From assembly GCA_030638575.1 (NCBI GenBank), contig DAOWEJ010000002.1, positions 1-62,571 on the forward strand: DNA of 62,571 nucleotides, written 5' to 3'. Every line of letters starts with the position of its first letter. Positions within the stretch are counted from its first letter, which is position 1. A model generated the notes under the pieces. The model made no database searches. It saw only the letters and a program-made list of their open reading frames with translations, and was not told the DNA's origin. Below, one piece after another: positions 26,042 through 34,577 of this stretch. The stretch is from Deltaproteobacteria bacterium (GTDB lineage: Bacteria > Desulfobacterota > Desulfobacteria > Desulfobacterales > JAUWMJ01). The translations under genes were made by a program, and so were the position numbers.

Positions 26042-28414
26042 ATGATTTTAACATGTAATGAATGCAATACAAGTTTCAATTTTAATGAAAGTCTTTTAAA
26101 GGAAACAGGTTCCAAGGTTCGATGCTCAAAATGCAATAATATTTTTGTAGCTTATCCCAAGTCCAATGCAATCATGACCGATGGGGAGGGAAAAACGCTT
26201 GAAGAGATTGACCTGTCGGAAATAAAAAATATACTCGGTATGGATAAGGAACAAGAGGTGGAAGGAATATCGACCGAAGAGACTGGTGAACTTGATCTTG
26301 ATTTAGGAGAAATTGAAGGTGAGGATGATTCCGGCTCTGCGCTTGGGCCGGAAAAGACTGAAGAGATTAATATGTCGGAATTTGAAAATATTCTTGAAGA
26401 AGATGATAAGCCGGCTGAGGAAAGTGTGTCAGCAGAAGAACCAAGTGAACTTGATTTTGAACTTGATCTTGATTTAGGAGAAATTGAAGGTGAGGATGAT
26501 TCCGGCTCCGTGCTTGGGCCGGAAAAGACTGAAGAGATTGATATGTCGGAATTTGAAAATATTCTTGAAGAAGATGATAAGCTGGCTGAGACAAGTTTAT
26601 CAACAGAAGAACCTGATGAACTTGATCTTGATTTCGATATTAATCTTGATTCAGAAGAAGTCTCTGACGATGTAGAGGCTGGACCTGAACCGGCTGAGAC
26701 GGTTGAGTTTGATATGTCTGATATGGAGGATGTTCTCGGAGTAGAAGATGAGCTGGAAAAAGAGAGTGAATCCGCTAAGGAGGAAGATCTTGACTTTGAA
26801 CTAGAACTCGATTTTGGGGGTGAAAAAGGTCAAGATGATAAATCGTCCAAAGATCAACTTGATGTGACTGAAGAACTTGATTTATCTGGATTGGAAACCA
26901 CATTAGAACTGGAAGAGGAACCAGTTTTGGAAAGTCAGGCAGGTGAAGGGTCTGGTGAACTTGATCTTGATATTGATCTTGATTTAGAAGAAGTCCCTGA
27001 CGATGCAGGGGCTGGACCTGAGATGGATGAGACGGTTGAGTTTGATATGTCTGATATGGAGGATGTTCTCGGAGTAGAAGATGAGCCGATAAAAGAGAGT
27101 GAATCTGCCAAGGAAGAAGACCTTGACTTCGATCTCGATCTAGGTTTTGGAGATGAAAAAGATCAGGATGATACAGCGCTGGAAAGCGAACTTGCAGAGG
27201 CCGAAGTATCGGACGATCTTGATTTTGAGTTGGACCTGGACATCGGGGAGGATAAAGCTCCTGATGCTGCTGTTTCAGAGTTTGAATCAGAAGAGATAGA
27301 AGAACTTGATTTGTCGGAGGCGGAGGAAGTAGTTGGAGCAGAAAATAAGCAGGCGGATGAAGAAGTTTTCGCAGTTGAATTACAAGATGCAGAGGAGCTG
27401 GATTTAACGGACCTGGATAGTGTTCTTGAAGTAGAAGAAACGCAAACCGGCGAAGATGATTCTGCTGAAGAACCGGGAGAACTTGATCTCGAATTAGATC
27501 TTGAGACTGATCCTGCTGAAGCTTCTGATGATGCAGAATCAGAAATACAGTTTGAGACCACAGAAGAATTCGATTTATCGGATCTGGATAAGATGCTTGA
27601 TGATAAAGATCAAACGGGAACTCAAAATGCTGAGGATGTTGAGCTGAAATTTGAAATTGAAGGCAGCGCTCAAGATGCTTTGTCAAAGGCCGCGACTATC
27701 GATGAGCAAACAATTCAACACAAGGAAGAAGGAATTGGGGATACATTTGATCTGGGAACTTTGAAAGACGAACCTGATGCTGAAGGAGCCGAGTCTTCGT
27801 ATACTGAAAAAAAAGAAAGGGCCCCTCGTAAAAAAATGAAACCTGTCGGCAAGAGGCGGCTCAGCGGACCGATGCGTATTTTATTGGTTCTGGTTCTTTT
27901 GGTTGGGGGCGTCTATGGCGGTCATACGGTTTTAACGAAAATGGGCATTGATATTCCTTTTGAGGATACAATCAGAAATATACCATTTGTTGGCGATCTG
28001 CTTAAACCCAAAGTCAAAGATACCGGCAACCTATATGTGAACATTATAGAAAGGAAAGTTGTTGGCAGTTTTGTGGATAACTCGAAGATCGGAACTCTTT
28101 TTGTTATAACAGGGCAAATTAGAAATGAATATAATCATCCCCGCCGTTTTATAAAAGTAAAAGGCAGAATCTATAAAAAAGGCAAGGTCCTTTTTAAAAC
28201 TAAAACAGTGTATTGTGGAAATGTATTATCAGAAAAAGAACTTGCAAGCCTGAACCAGGCGGCTATTACTAAGCGACTGAATAATCGTTTAGGAGATAAG
28301 AGATCAAATATGAAAGTAGAAAAAGGCCGGATACTTCCATTTATGATTGTATTTTCGAAAGCGCCGGATAATCTGGAAGAGTTTACTGTAGAAGTTGCAG
28401 GGTCCTCAAAATAG
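26042..28414 (+). CDS. MJ0042-type zinc-ribbon / DUF3426 membrane protein with a ~550-aa hyper-acidic repeat region
   Basis: N-terminal CxxC...CxxC ribbon (CNECNTSF...CSKCNNIF). A long D/E-rich region follows, then one TM helix (ILLVLVLLVGGVYGG). The C-terminal beta-rich domain has the layout I associate with DUF3426. Confidence 0.7.
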   Translation: MILTCNECNTSFNFNESLLKETGSKVRCSKCNNIFVAYPKSNAIMTDGEGKTLEEIDLSEIKNILGMDKEQEVEGISTEETGELDLDLGEIEGEDDSGSALGPEKTEEINMSEFENILEEDDKPAEESVSAEEPSELDFELDLDLGEIEGEDDSGSVLGPEKTEEIDMSEFENILEEDDKLAETSLSTEEPDELDLDFDINLDSEEVSDDVEAGPEPAETVEFDMSDMEDVLGVEDELEKESESAKEEDLDFELELDFGGEKGQDDKSSKDQLDVTEELDLSGLETTLELEEEPVLESQAGEGSGELDLDIDLDLEEVPDDAGAGPEMDETVEFDMSDMEDVLGVEDEPIKESESAKEEDLDFDLDLGFGDEKDQDDTALESELAEAEVSDDLDFELDLDIGEDKAPDAAVSEFESEEIEELDLSEAEEVVGAENKQADEEVFAVELQDAEELDLTDLDSVLEVEETQTGEDDSAEEPGELDLELDLETDPAEASDDAESEIQFETTEEFDLSDLDKMLDDKDQTGTQNAEDVELKFEIEGSAQDALSKAATIDEQTIQHKEEGIGDTFDLGTLKDEPDAEGAESSYTEKKERAPRKKMKPVGKRRLSGPMRILLVLVLLVGGVYGGHTVLTKMGIDIPFEDTIRNIPFVGDLLKPKVKDTGNLYVNIIERKVVGSFVDNSKIGTLFVITGQIRNEYNHPRRFIKVKGRIYKKGKVLFKTKTVYCGNVLSEKELASLNQAAITKRLNNRLGDKRSNMKVEKGRILPFMIVFSKAPDNLEEFTVEVAGSSK
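26291..26590 (+). repeat. intragenic tandem duplication, period 171 bp (57 aa)
   Basis: Positions 26291-26419 and 26462-26590 are near-identical (LDLDLGEIEGEDDSGS[AV]LGPEKTEEI[ND]MSEFENILEEDDK). Confidence 0.85.
26654..27151 (+). repeat. intragenic duplication, period 333 bp (111 aa)
   Basis: Positions 26654-26818 and 26987-27151 share ...ETVEFDMSDMEDVLGVEDE...ESESAKEEDLDF... with few substitutions. Confidence 0.85.
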
Positions 28415-28429
28415 TCGAGATGAAAAAGT

Positions 28430-28573
28430 GACGGTCTCGTAAAAAGTCCAACTTCTGCGTTGTGCTGCATTTCGTAATCATTCAACGTACTATTAGTACG
28501 CCTCATGATTACAAAATTTGCACGCCTTGAATTTGAACTTTTTACGAAACCGTCTAAATCGGACTTTTTACGA
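28430..28573. repeat. repeat family K (TCGTAAAAAGT / ACTTTTTACGA hairpin element)
   Basis: gacggtctcgtaaaaagt...gaactttttacgaaaccgtc...ggactttttacgag. A short relative at 1162-1223 reads attgatgaattcgtaaaaagtgg...ctactttttacgaaactatcaat. Confidence 0.6.
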
Positions 28574-28686
28574 GTTCATCAAAAAATAACTGATTTTATT
28601 CTTCCAAATGTGTTTACCCTGTGAAAAAGTAGTTTTCAACTTGACTAAGTTAGGTTGAGCTGTTAAAGAGACCGCTGTTAAAATCT

Positions 28687-28863
28687 GAAACCTTTGAAAA
28701 TGTTGAAACCTTTGAAAAATGGTAATTTTTGTTCGAGTTCAAGGAAGGCGAAAATTTCAACCACAGTAATATATTGAATATTTCGAGGATTGAAATTTGA
28801 GCCTGACACAGAAATCGGGCAGATAAGCGCAGACTTCGAAAAGTGCCTTTTTGCAAAGGTTTC
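28687..28863 (+). repeat. repeat family A copy A5 (divergent, duplicated left end)
   Basis: gaaacctttgaaaatgt|tgaaacctttgaaaaatgg...gcagataagcgcagacttcgaaaagtgcctttttgcaaaggtttc. Ends 10 nt before tRNA(CAU). Confidence 0.7.
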
Positions 28864-28873
28864 ATGTTATTAT

Positions 28874-28950
28874 GGCGATGTAGCTCAGGTGGTCAGAGCA
28901 TGCGGCTCATATCCGCAGTGTCCGGGGTTCAAGTCCCTGCATCGCCACCA
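28874..28950 (+). tRNA. tRNA with CAU anticodon (elongator Met; lysidine-modified Ile2 not excluded), CCA encoded
   Basis: Cloverleaf by eye: acceptor GGCGATG/CATCGCC, anticodon stem-loop GCGG-CTCATAT-CCGC, T-arm GGGGTTCAAGTCCC. Positions 1 and 72 are paired, so it is not an initiator. Confidence 0.85.
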
Positions 28951-29054
28951 GTAATAACTTACCGCTGTTAGCTGATAGCTGTAAGTTCATAGCAAAAAGG
29001 ATTTCAGGCCTTTAATCCCGCTTGCAGCGGGACTTTGAGCTATCAGCTGTCATA

Positions 29055-30560
29055 TTAGCTTGATGCAAAGATTTTATCCGCCTTAAGATAATGACGGCCA
29101 ATGTCCCTTCTTAAATCCAGCCGGTTTCCTTCACTGTTTTCCCTGGGAATTACTCTGATTTTACCGTTGTCAAAAGCAGCCAGCAGCTTCTTTCTTAGCC
29201 GATCACCGACTTCACCCCGTTTTTCACCCTCTTTAACAGTTGCGTTTGCATTTAAAAATGCAACACGAGTACCATCGGACTTAAATGTATTTTCGGTTTC
29301 AAGATAGGTCATGGCTGAAGGGATTATTTGTATCCCTTTTCTTTTTAAATATTTGAGATCAAATTCTAACATTTCGCCCTTTGTACAGGACCATGGATAT
29401 CCTTTTTGACCATCAGGGCCGCCAGGGCCTGTAACAAGAGCCGTACAGATTGCGAGTTGATCAGTCCTTACTTCAGCCTCTACTTCATGCAGGTTACCCT
29501 CAAAGGTAGCTTTTAGCAGGGCGCCGAAATTTCTTAACCTGCGTGCCAGGGGTTGGGCTTCGGGTTCACCGGGACGGATATTTATTTCACTTACTCGGAT
29601 TTTAGTTGGTTGCTTAAAACCATCAAGGGACACAAAGCAGCCGGGATACAAAATGCATGGCCTGAGAATTTTTCTTTCTTTCATTTTCTCTATAAGGGGT
29701 TTTGCAATAACTTCTCCTGCCATTTCAATGAGCTGCCGGGTTTCCATCGGATGAGGAGAAATTGCTCCAACACCTCCGGTTATCGGATTGTTTTTGCTCG
29801 CAGGGCCTTCAAAACGTTCGGGATAATCCATGACAGTGGGCAAGATTCGGAAATTTCCGAATCTGTCTACCAACATGGTAAAGCTAATTTCAACACCGGA
29901 CATAAGGGACTCAATCAAAAGCGGCCATTTTTCCTTACTGCCGAACATCTTTTTATAGCTGTCTTTATAATCTTTTAATAGTGTATCGTAAACCTCTCTT
30001 ATTTCCCATGAGTTTAAAATAATTCGAGCACCTTTCCCGCCTGCACTATAGGGAAACTTCAATACAGCTCCGCCAAAGTCATGAATAAAATTTAAACAGG
30101 CATTTAATGTGTCTTCAAAATTTTTCGCATCAACCTCGGTCCAGGACGAAGCCACTGGAATACCGGCCTCCCGGCATAATTGTTTGCATTTAATCTTATC
30201 TCCCTCAATAAAGGCACCTGCTTTGCTGAGCCCTAAAATACTATTTCCAAATCCTGCCGCTTCAACTTCATCTACCAGGCCTTCAAACAACAAGGCTTCA
30301 GGCATCGGTATAATGTAGTCTATACGTCCGTCCTTTAAATTCTGTATGATAGCAGAGGCGTAATCTTGCATGGAGTTGCTGTCTGTATAGATGAATTCAA
30401 CGGGCCAGTTCATCATCTCTACAAATTTAGGCATTGCCGGTGTTCCACGAATTACCACCCCTTGAAAGGCTTCAGGATAAATATCACTTTTAGCCGTGGA
30501 GATAACTAAGGCACATAAAAGGGTTCTCCCATCTGTCCCTGCAAATGCAATTTTTTTCAT
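29055..30560 (-). CDS. PurD-like ATP-grasp ligase (phosphoribosylamine--glycine ligase family paralog, 501 aa)
   Basis: N-terminal MKKIAFAGTDGRT resembles the PurD start. SEINIRPGEPEAQPL resembles the PurD LE[FY]N.RFGDPE[TA]Q block. It is longer than canonical PurD, so the substrate is uncertain. Confidence 0.5.
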   Translation of the reverse strand: MKKIAFAGTDGRTLLCALVISTAKSDIYPEAFQGVVIRGTPAMPKFVEMMNWPVEFIYTDSNSMQDYASAIIQNLKDGRIDYIIPMPEALLFEGLVDEVEAAGFGNSILGLSKAGAFIEGDKIKCKQLCREAGIPVASSWTEVDAKNFEDTLNACLNFIHDFGGAVLKFPYSAGGKGARIILNSWEIREVYDTLLKDYKDSYKKMFGSKEKWPLLIESLMSGVEISFTMLVDRFGNFRILPTVMDYPERFEGPASKNNPITGGVGAISPHPMETRQLIEMAGEVIAKPLIEKMKERKILRPCILYPGCFVSLDGFKQPTKIRVSEINIRPGEPEAQPLARRLRNFGALLKATFEGNLHEVEAEVRTDQLAICTALVTGPGGPDGQKGYPWSCTKGEMLEFDLKYLKRKGIQIIPSAMTYLETENTFKSDGTRVAFLNANATVKEGEKRGEVGDRLRKKLLAAFDNGKIRVIPRENSEGNRLDLRRDIGRHYLKADKIFASS

Positions 30561-30789
30561 GCTTTTAGTCCTTTTTTAGTAATTTATTACGGAAAGACAC
30601 GGAATATAACGAATATTTCTCCGTGAAAATCAGTAGTAGGATAATTATGGATTTGATTTTTCAAAGTTAATACCTCAATAGCAAACATTGGATATCCAGG
30701 TCAAATGGTAAAAAGGCCGGTTTTTTGTTTTTGACAATACGATAGTTTTTTTTATATAGTGTTTGAAAGAAGGTGAAAAGGGCTAAGCA

Positions 30790-31185
30790 ATGTTTCCTGG
30801 TTTTGATAGAATTGTTGAAGAACGTATTAAAAATGCCCAGAAAAAGGGGGATTTTGAAAATCTGCCCGGGTCGGGGGAACCGCTTGATTTGGATTATGGC
30901 AGTTGTGTTGCCGAAGATTTGCGCCTGGCCTATAAAATATTAAAAAATGCTGATTTTGTTCCCCCGGAAATCGAGATAAAAAATGAAATAAAGAAAACAG
31001 AAGACCTTCTTGCGGGTATGAAAGATGAGAAAGAAAAATATCGCACGTTAAAAAAATTGAACTTTTTAATATTGAAATTAAATTCCATGCGGGAGACATC
31101 TGTAAATTTTGACGTTCCACAACAATATACGGGGAAGATTATAGAACATTTAGATTCAAAGAGCTCAAAAGGAGAAGGGGAGTAA
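30790..31185 (+). CDS. DUF1992 (DnaJC28-like) domain protein
   Basis: IVEERIKNAQKKGDFENLPGSGEPLDLD matches the conserved N-terminal signature of DUF1992 proteins. Confidence 0.7.
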   Translation: MFPGFDRIVEERIKNAQKKGDFENLPGSGEPLDLDYGSCVAEDLRLAYKILKNADFVPPEIEIKNEIKKTEDLLAGMKDEKEKYRTLKKLNFLILKLNSMRETSVNFDVPQQYTGKIIEHLDSKSSKGEGE

Positions 31186-31192
31186 TAAATCC

Positions 31193-32137
31193 ATGAAAAA
31201 GCTTACTGTCGCTCTACTTTCCGGTGGCATATCTTCTGAGCGGGAGGTTTCCCTAAACAGTGGAAACCAGGTTTTTAAGTCACTGGACAAGGAAAAATAC
31301 AATGTCATCCGGTACGATCCGAAAACAGACTTAGATCGCCTGGTGAAGGACGCTTCGAGGATTGACGTCGCCCTTATAATACTTCACGGATTATATGGAG
31401 AAGATGGTACTGTGCAGGGACTGCTTGAACTTCTCAATATTCCGTATCAGGGGTCAGGAGTTCTTGGGAGCGCGATGGCCATGAACAAGCTGGTTTCAAA
31501 ACAGCTTTACCAGCAGTTCGGTATTCCGGTCCCACCATACATGGTTGCCAGGCGAGGTGATGCCATAGATCCGGAAACATGCAGTCATCGCCTTGGTCTG
31601 CCTCTGGTCATCAAGCCGTCAGAAGGGGGCTCCAGTGTCGGGATGTCTATTGTCAGATCAAAAGGTGGCCTTAAAAGCGCTATAGATAAAGCTTTTGAAC
31701 AAGATGAAACAGTTATTATTGAGGCATATATTAAAGGTGTTGAGCTGACAGGTGGGGTTATTGGTAACAGCGATTTGCAGGCACTTCCTATTATCGAAAT
31801 TATTCCTGATGAAGCCCATGAATTTTTTGACTATGAAGCGAAATACACCGCGGGTGTAACCCAGGAAATATGTCCTGCCCGTATTGATGATTTACTGACT
31901 ACGAAAGCTCAGACTTATGCGAAAATGGCACACGAGGCTCTTTCGTGCATGGGTTACAGCAGGACCGACATGATTCTCAAAGACAAAGATATATTTGTTT
32001 TAGAGACAAATACAATCCCCGGCATGACTCCGACGAGTCTGCTGCCGCAGGCCGCTGCCGCTGCCGGTTTAAATTTCAGCCGGCTTCTTGACAGGTTAAT
32101 AGAGCTGGGTATTGAAAGACACGAAACCGGTAGATAA
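31193..32137 (+). CDS. ddl: D-alanine--D-alanine ligase
   Basis: Typical Ddl pattern: GGISSEREVSL, HGLYGEDGTVQGLLE, ATP-grasp core, and C-terminal ETNTIPGMT. Confidence 0.9.
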   Translation: MKKLTVALLSGGISSEREVSLNSGNQVFKSLDKEKYNVIRYDPKTDLDRLVKDASRIDVALIILHGLYGEDGTVQGLLELLNIPYQGSGVLGSAMAMNKLVSKQLYQQFGIPVPPYMVARRGDAIDPETCSHRLGLPLVIKPSEGGSSVGMSIVRSKGGLKSAIDKAFEQDETVIIEAYIKGVELTGGVIGNSDLQALPIIEIIPDEAHEFFDYEAKYTAGVTQEICPARIDDLLTTKAQTYAKMAHEALSCMGYSRTDMILKDKDIFVLETNTIPGMTPTSLLPQAAAAAGLNFSRLLDRLIELGIERHETGR

Positions 32138-32141
32138 CGAT

Positions 32142-32897
32142 ATGATCATCAGGGGAAACAGAAAATTAAAGGAGTTATATCAAAAGCTTCGCCCCGGCGA
32201 TATCTTTATCGGTACGGTAGTCTCAAGGTATCTCAAACAATCGGTACTAGTTGATCTTGTTGAACGTGGAGTGCATTGCTTCCCATCACCACTTTCTCAG
32301 GTAATAAACAACTCTAAAGTTATGCAGGCACTGGTTTTCAAAGACCAGATGCTGCAACACACTTTGGCAATTGAACGACGGATAGAGCTAATCGATGCCA
32401 TAAATCTATACAACCGGCACAACATAGGGCCTGTTATAACCAAGGAGAACCACATGCATTGTGGCTATGGCATACGCAGATGGGAGACTGTCGAGTCCCT
32501 TTACAGTCATGCCGCTCTTTTAGAATCTTCCTATCCCTTCGTGCTTCAGCCCTTTTTGGAGGATTTTACTGATGTCCGCATTATTGTTGCAGGAGATTAT
32601 GTTGAGGCATATGAAAGGCAAAACCCATACAATTTCAGGAAGAATATTTCTTCAGGAGGCAAAAGCTATCCTTATATTCTGGATAAGGATAAGGAAAAAT
32701 TTTGCAGGAACATCATGGATCGTGGGAAGTTTCCTTTTGCTCACATCGATCTCCACATTATGGAGAATGGAGAGCATTTCCTTTCAGAAATTGCGCTAAA
32801 CGGCGGTATAAAAGGGGCGGCCATCAACAGAAAAGAGCTTGATCAGAAAAAGCAGGATATGCTTGAGCGCTCGGCAGAAACAGCTCACAGCTCATAG
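32142..32897 (+). CDS. ATP-grasp-like protein (RimK/GshB-like), function unknown
   Basis: Central and C-terminal blocks (FVLQPFLEDFTDVRIIVAGD..., NISSGGKSYPY, HIDLHIMENGEHFLSEIALNGG) resemble an ATP-grasp core. Start set at ATG 32142 just after the ddl stop. The track ORF starts at 32112 inside ddl. Confidence 0.5.
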   Translation: MIIRGNRKLKELYQKLRPGDIFIGTVVSRYLKQSVLVDLVERGVHCFPSPLSQVINNSKVMQALVFKDQMLQHTLAIERRIELIDAINLYNRHNIGPVITKENHMHCGYGIRRWETVESLYSHAALLESSYPFVLQPFLEDFTDVRIIVAGDYVEAYERQNPYNFRKNISSGGKSYPYILDKDKEKFCRNIMDRGKFPFAHIDLHIMENGEHFLSEIALNGGIKGAAINRKELDQKKQDMLERSAETAHSS

Positions 32898-32982
32898 CTC
32901 ACAGCTCCATAGCAAAAAGGATTTTAATCATTTAACTATCAGCTATCAGCTATGAACTACCAGCTGATAAAGGAGGCAGTTT

Positions 32983-33513
32983 TTGGAAACAGGAAAAGAT
33001 TTAAAACAGCCGGGCCAATTGCCGGAGGTGGGAATTGTGATGGGAAGCGATTCCGACCTGGATGTCATGGAGGAGACAGCAAATGTATTAAAAAAGTTTA
33101 ATATTCCTTTCGAGATAACGGTTGCATCCGCTCACAGGAGTCCCGGTCGGGCTGCTGAGTTTGCATCTTCTGCACGGGAACGTGGAATTAAGGTTATTAT
33201 TGCGGGCGCAGGGCACGCAGCCCATCTTGCCGGAGCGATGGCAGCATATACATCTTTGCCGGTTATAGGCGTTCCGATAGATTCTTCATGCCTGAAAGGG
33301 TTCGATTCACTACTTTCTATAGTTCAAATGCCACCCGGTATCCCTGTGGCAACGGTTGCAATTGGAAAGCCGGGTGCAAGAAATGCAGGCATTCTTGCAG
33401 CGCAGATAATTGCTGTTTCTGATCCTGAACTTGCACAAAAGCTGGAAGAATTTAAATCCGACATGGAACTACAAGTCGATAAGAAAGCAAAAAAACTTGA
33501 AGGCTATAAATAA
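32983..33513 (+). CDS. purE: 5-(carboxyamino)imidazole ribonucleotide mutase
   Basis: [16 protein letters not shown] and [10 protein letters not shown] motifs. TTG start with AAAGGAGG 6 nt upstream. Confidence 0.9.
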   Translation: METGKDLKQPGQLPEVGIVMGSDSDLDVMEETANVLKKFNIPFEITVASAHRSPGRAAEFASSARERGIKVIIAGAGHAAHLAGAMAAYTSLPVIGVPIDSSCLKGFDSLLSIVQMPPGIPVATVAIGKPGARNAGILAAQIIAVSDPELAQKLEEFKSDMELQVDKKAKKLEGYK

Positions 33514-34144
33514 AGTAAGGAGGATAGACCCTGTCAATCCCCGACCGGATATCATCGACGAAGCCGCTCGAATAATTAAAGATGGAGGGGTGGTCGTATT
33601 TCCGACAAGAAGTCTTTATGGGCTTGGGGCAGATGCACTTAATGTAAAAGCTGTAATCCGTGTATTTCGCATAAAACGAAGGCCTGGCAGCAAGCCCATT
33701 TTGGTGCTTATAAAAAATAAAAATGAACTGGACCGCCTTGTGGAACATATCCCCCGCATGGCATCAGTCATTATGGAAAACTTCTGGTCAGGCAGAGTTT
33801 CAATTGTGTTTAAGGCAAAAAAAGGACTTTCTACCGATCTTACTGCCGGGACAGAAAAAATAGGTATCCGCCTGCCGGGGCATAATGTTGCATCTGCACT
33901 GGTTAATGCTGCCGGCGGCCCGATTACCGGAACGAGCGCAAACATTTCAGGAAGTGCCGGGTGTTTTCAAATCGATGATCTGGAATCAAAGATTGCGGAT
34001 CGAGTTGATCTCATCCTTGATGCAGGATCGTTAAAAGGGGGCGCAGGCTCAACGGTTGTTGATGTAACAGGTGAGACACTGCGGATTTTACGGGAAGGCC
34101 AATTGCCGGCAAAGGATATTTTCAATGTTATTGATCCGCAATAA
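33410..34144 (+). CDS. tsaC: L-threonylcarbamoyladenylate synthase (YrdC/Sua5/TsaC family)
   Basis: YrdC-domain pattern [17 protein letters not shown]...IKRRP..KPI..L. The start is uncertain. ATG 33410 overlaps purE by 104 nt and an in-frame TTG at 33497 is an alternative. An AAGGAGG at 33517-33523 has no canonical in-frame start at a proper distance. Confidence 0.75.
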   Translation: MLFLILNLHKSWKNLNPTWNYKSIRKQKNLKAINKVRRIDPVNPRPDIIDEAARIIKDGGVVVFPTRSLYGLGADALNVKAVIRVFRIKRRPGSKPILVLIKNKNELDRLVEHIPRMASVIMENFWSGRVSIVFKAKKGLSTDLTAGTEKIGIRLPGHNVASALVNAAGGPITGTSANISGSAGCFQIDDLESKIADRVDLILDAGSLKGGAGSTVVDVTGETLRILREGQLPAKDIFNVIDPQ

Positions 34145-34197
34145 AAAAGCAAACTTATTGACAACTTCAGCCGGTTTTAATATAAAACGAATCCAAC

Positions 34198-34284
34198 GCC
34201 GGAGTGGTGAAACTGGTAGACGCAGAGGACTCAAAATCCTCCGGACGTAAGTCCATGAGAGTTCGATTCTCTCCTCCGGCACCA
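34198..34284 (+). tRNA. tRNA-Leu (anticodon CAA), long variable arm, CCA encoded
   Basis: Acceptor GCCGGAG/CTCCGGC, anticodon loop CTCAAAA, class-II variable arm (CGGACGTAAGTCCATG), T-arm GAGAGTTCGATTCTCTC. Confidence 0.9.
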
Positions 34285-34297
34285 TGATTATAAAGGG

Positions 34298-34456
34298 GAG
34301 ACCTTTGAAAAATGTTCAATTTTGGCATAGTTCAAGGCGGACGAAATTTTTAACCGGAGGTCCGCCTGAGGCGGATTGAGGATTAAAAATTGAGTCCAAC
34401 GCAGAAATCTGCCAGATAAGCGCAGACTTCGAAAGGGGACGTTTTGCAAAGGTCTC
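34298..34456 (+). repeat. repeat family A copy A1 (159-bp MITE-like element, TIR GAGACCTTTG(C)AAAA)
   Basis: Starts 13 nt after tRNA-Leu. Terminal inverted repeats are gagacctttgaaaaatg...cgttttgcaaaggtctc. It has the internal hairpin tccgcctgaggcgga and the conserved core cagataagcgcagacttcgaaa. Confidence 0.85.
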
Positions 34457-34577
34457 GAGGGGTAAGTCCGCTGGCTGTGGGTTTGCCCCTTTTTGTTTTT
34501 TCTGTGATCTTTGTGGTTAAAATAAATAGTATTGTTTCCCGATAAATCGGAACTATGTTTAATAAGGGTGCGACAGA

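Noticed and set aside
26775-27686. A 303-aa minus-strand ORF (and the 132-aa ORF at 27163-27561) inside the acidic protein gene
   Set aside because: These are antisense to a GAA/GAT-rich repeat region. The products are low-complexity (Q/L/P- or S-rich) mirror translations. The plus-strand gene has a clear zinc ribbon, TM helix and DUF3426-like ends.
28874-34284. tRNA(CAU)-to-tRNA-Leu interval as a tRNA-targeted genomic island
   Set aside because: The content is housekeeping (PurD-like, ddl, purE, tsaC). There is no integrase and I could see no tRNA 3'-end direct repeat.
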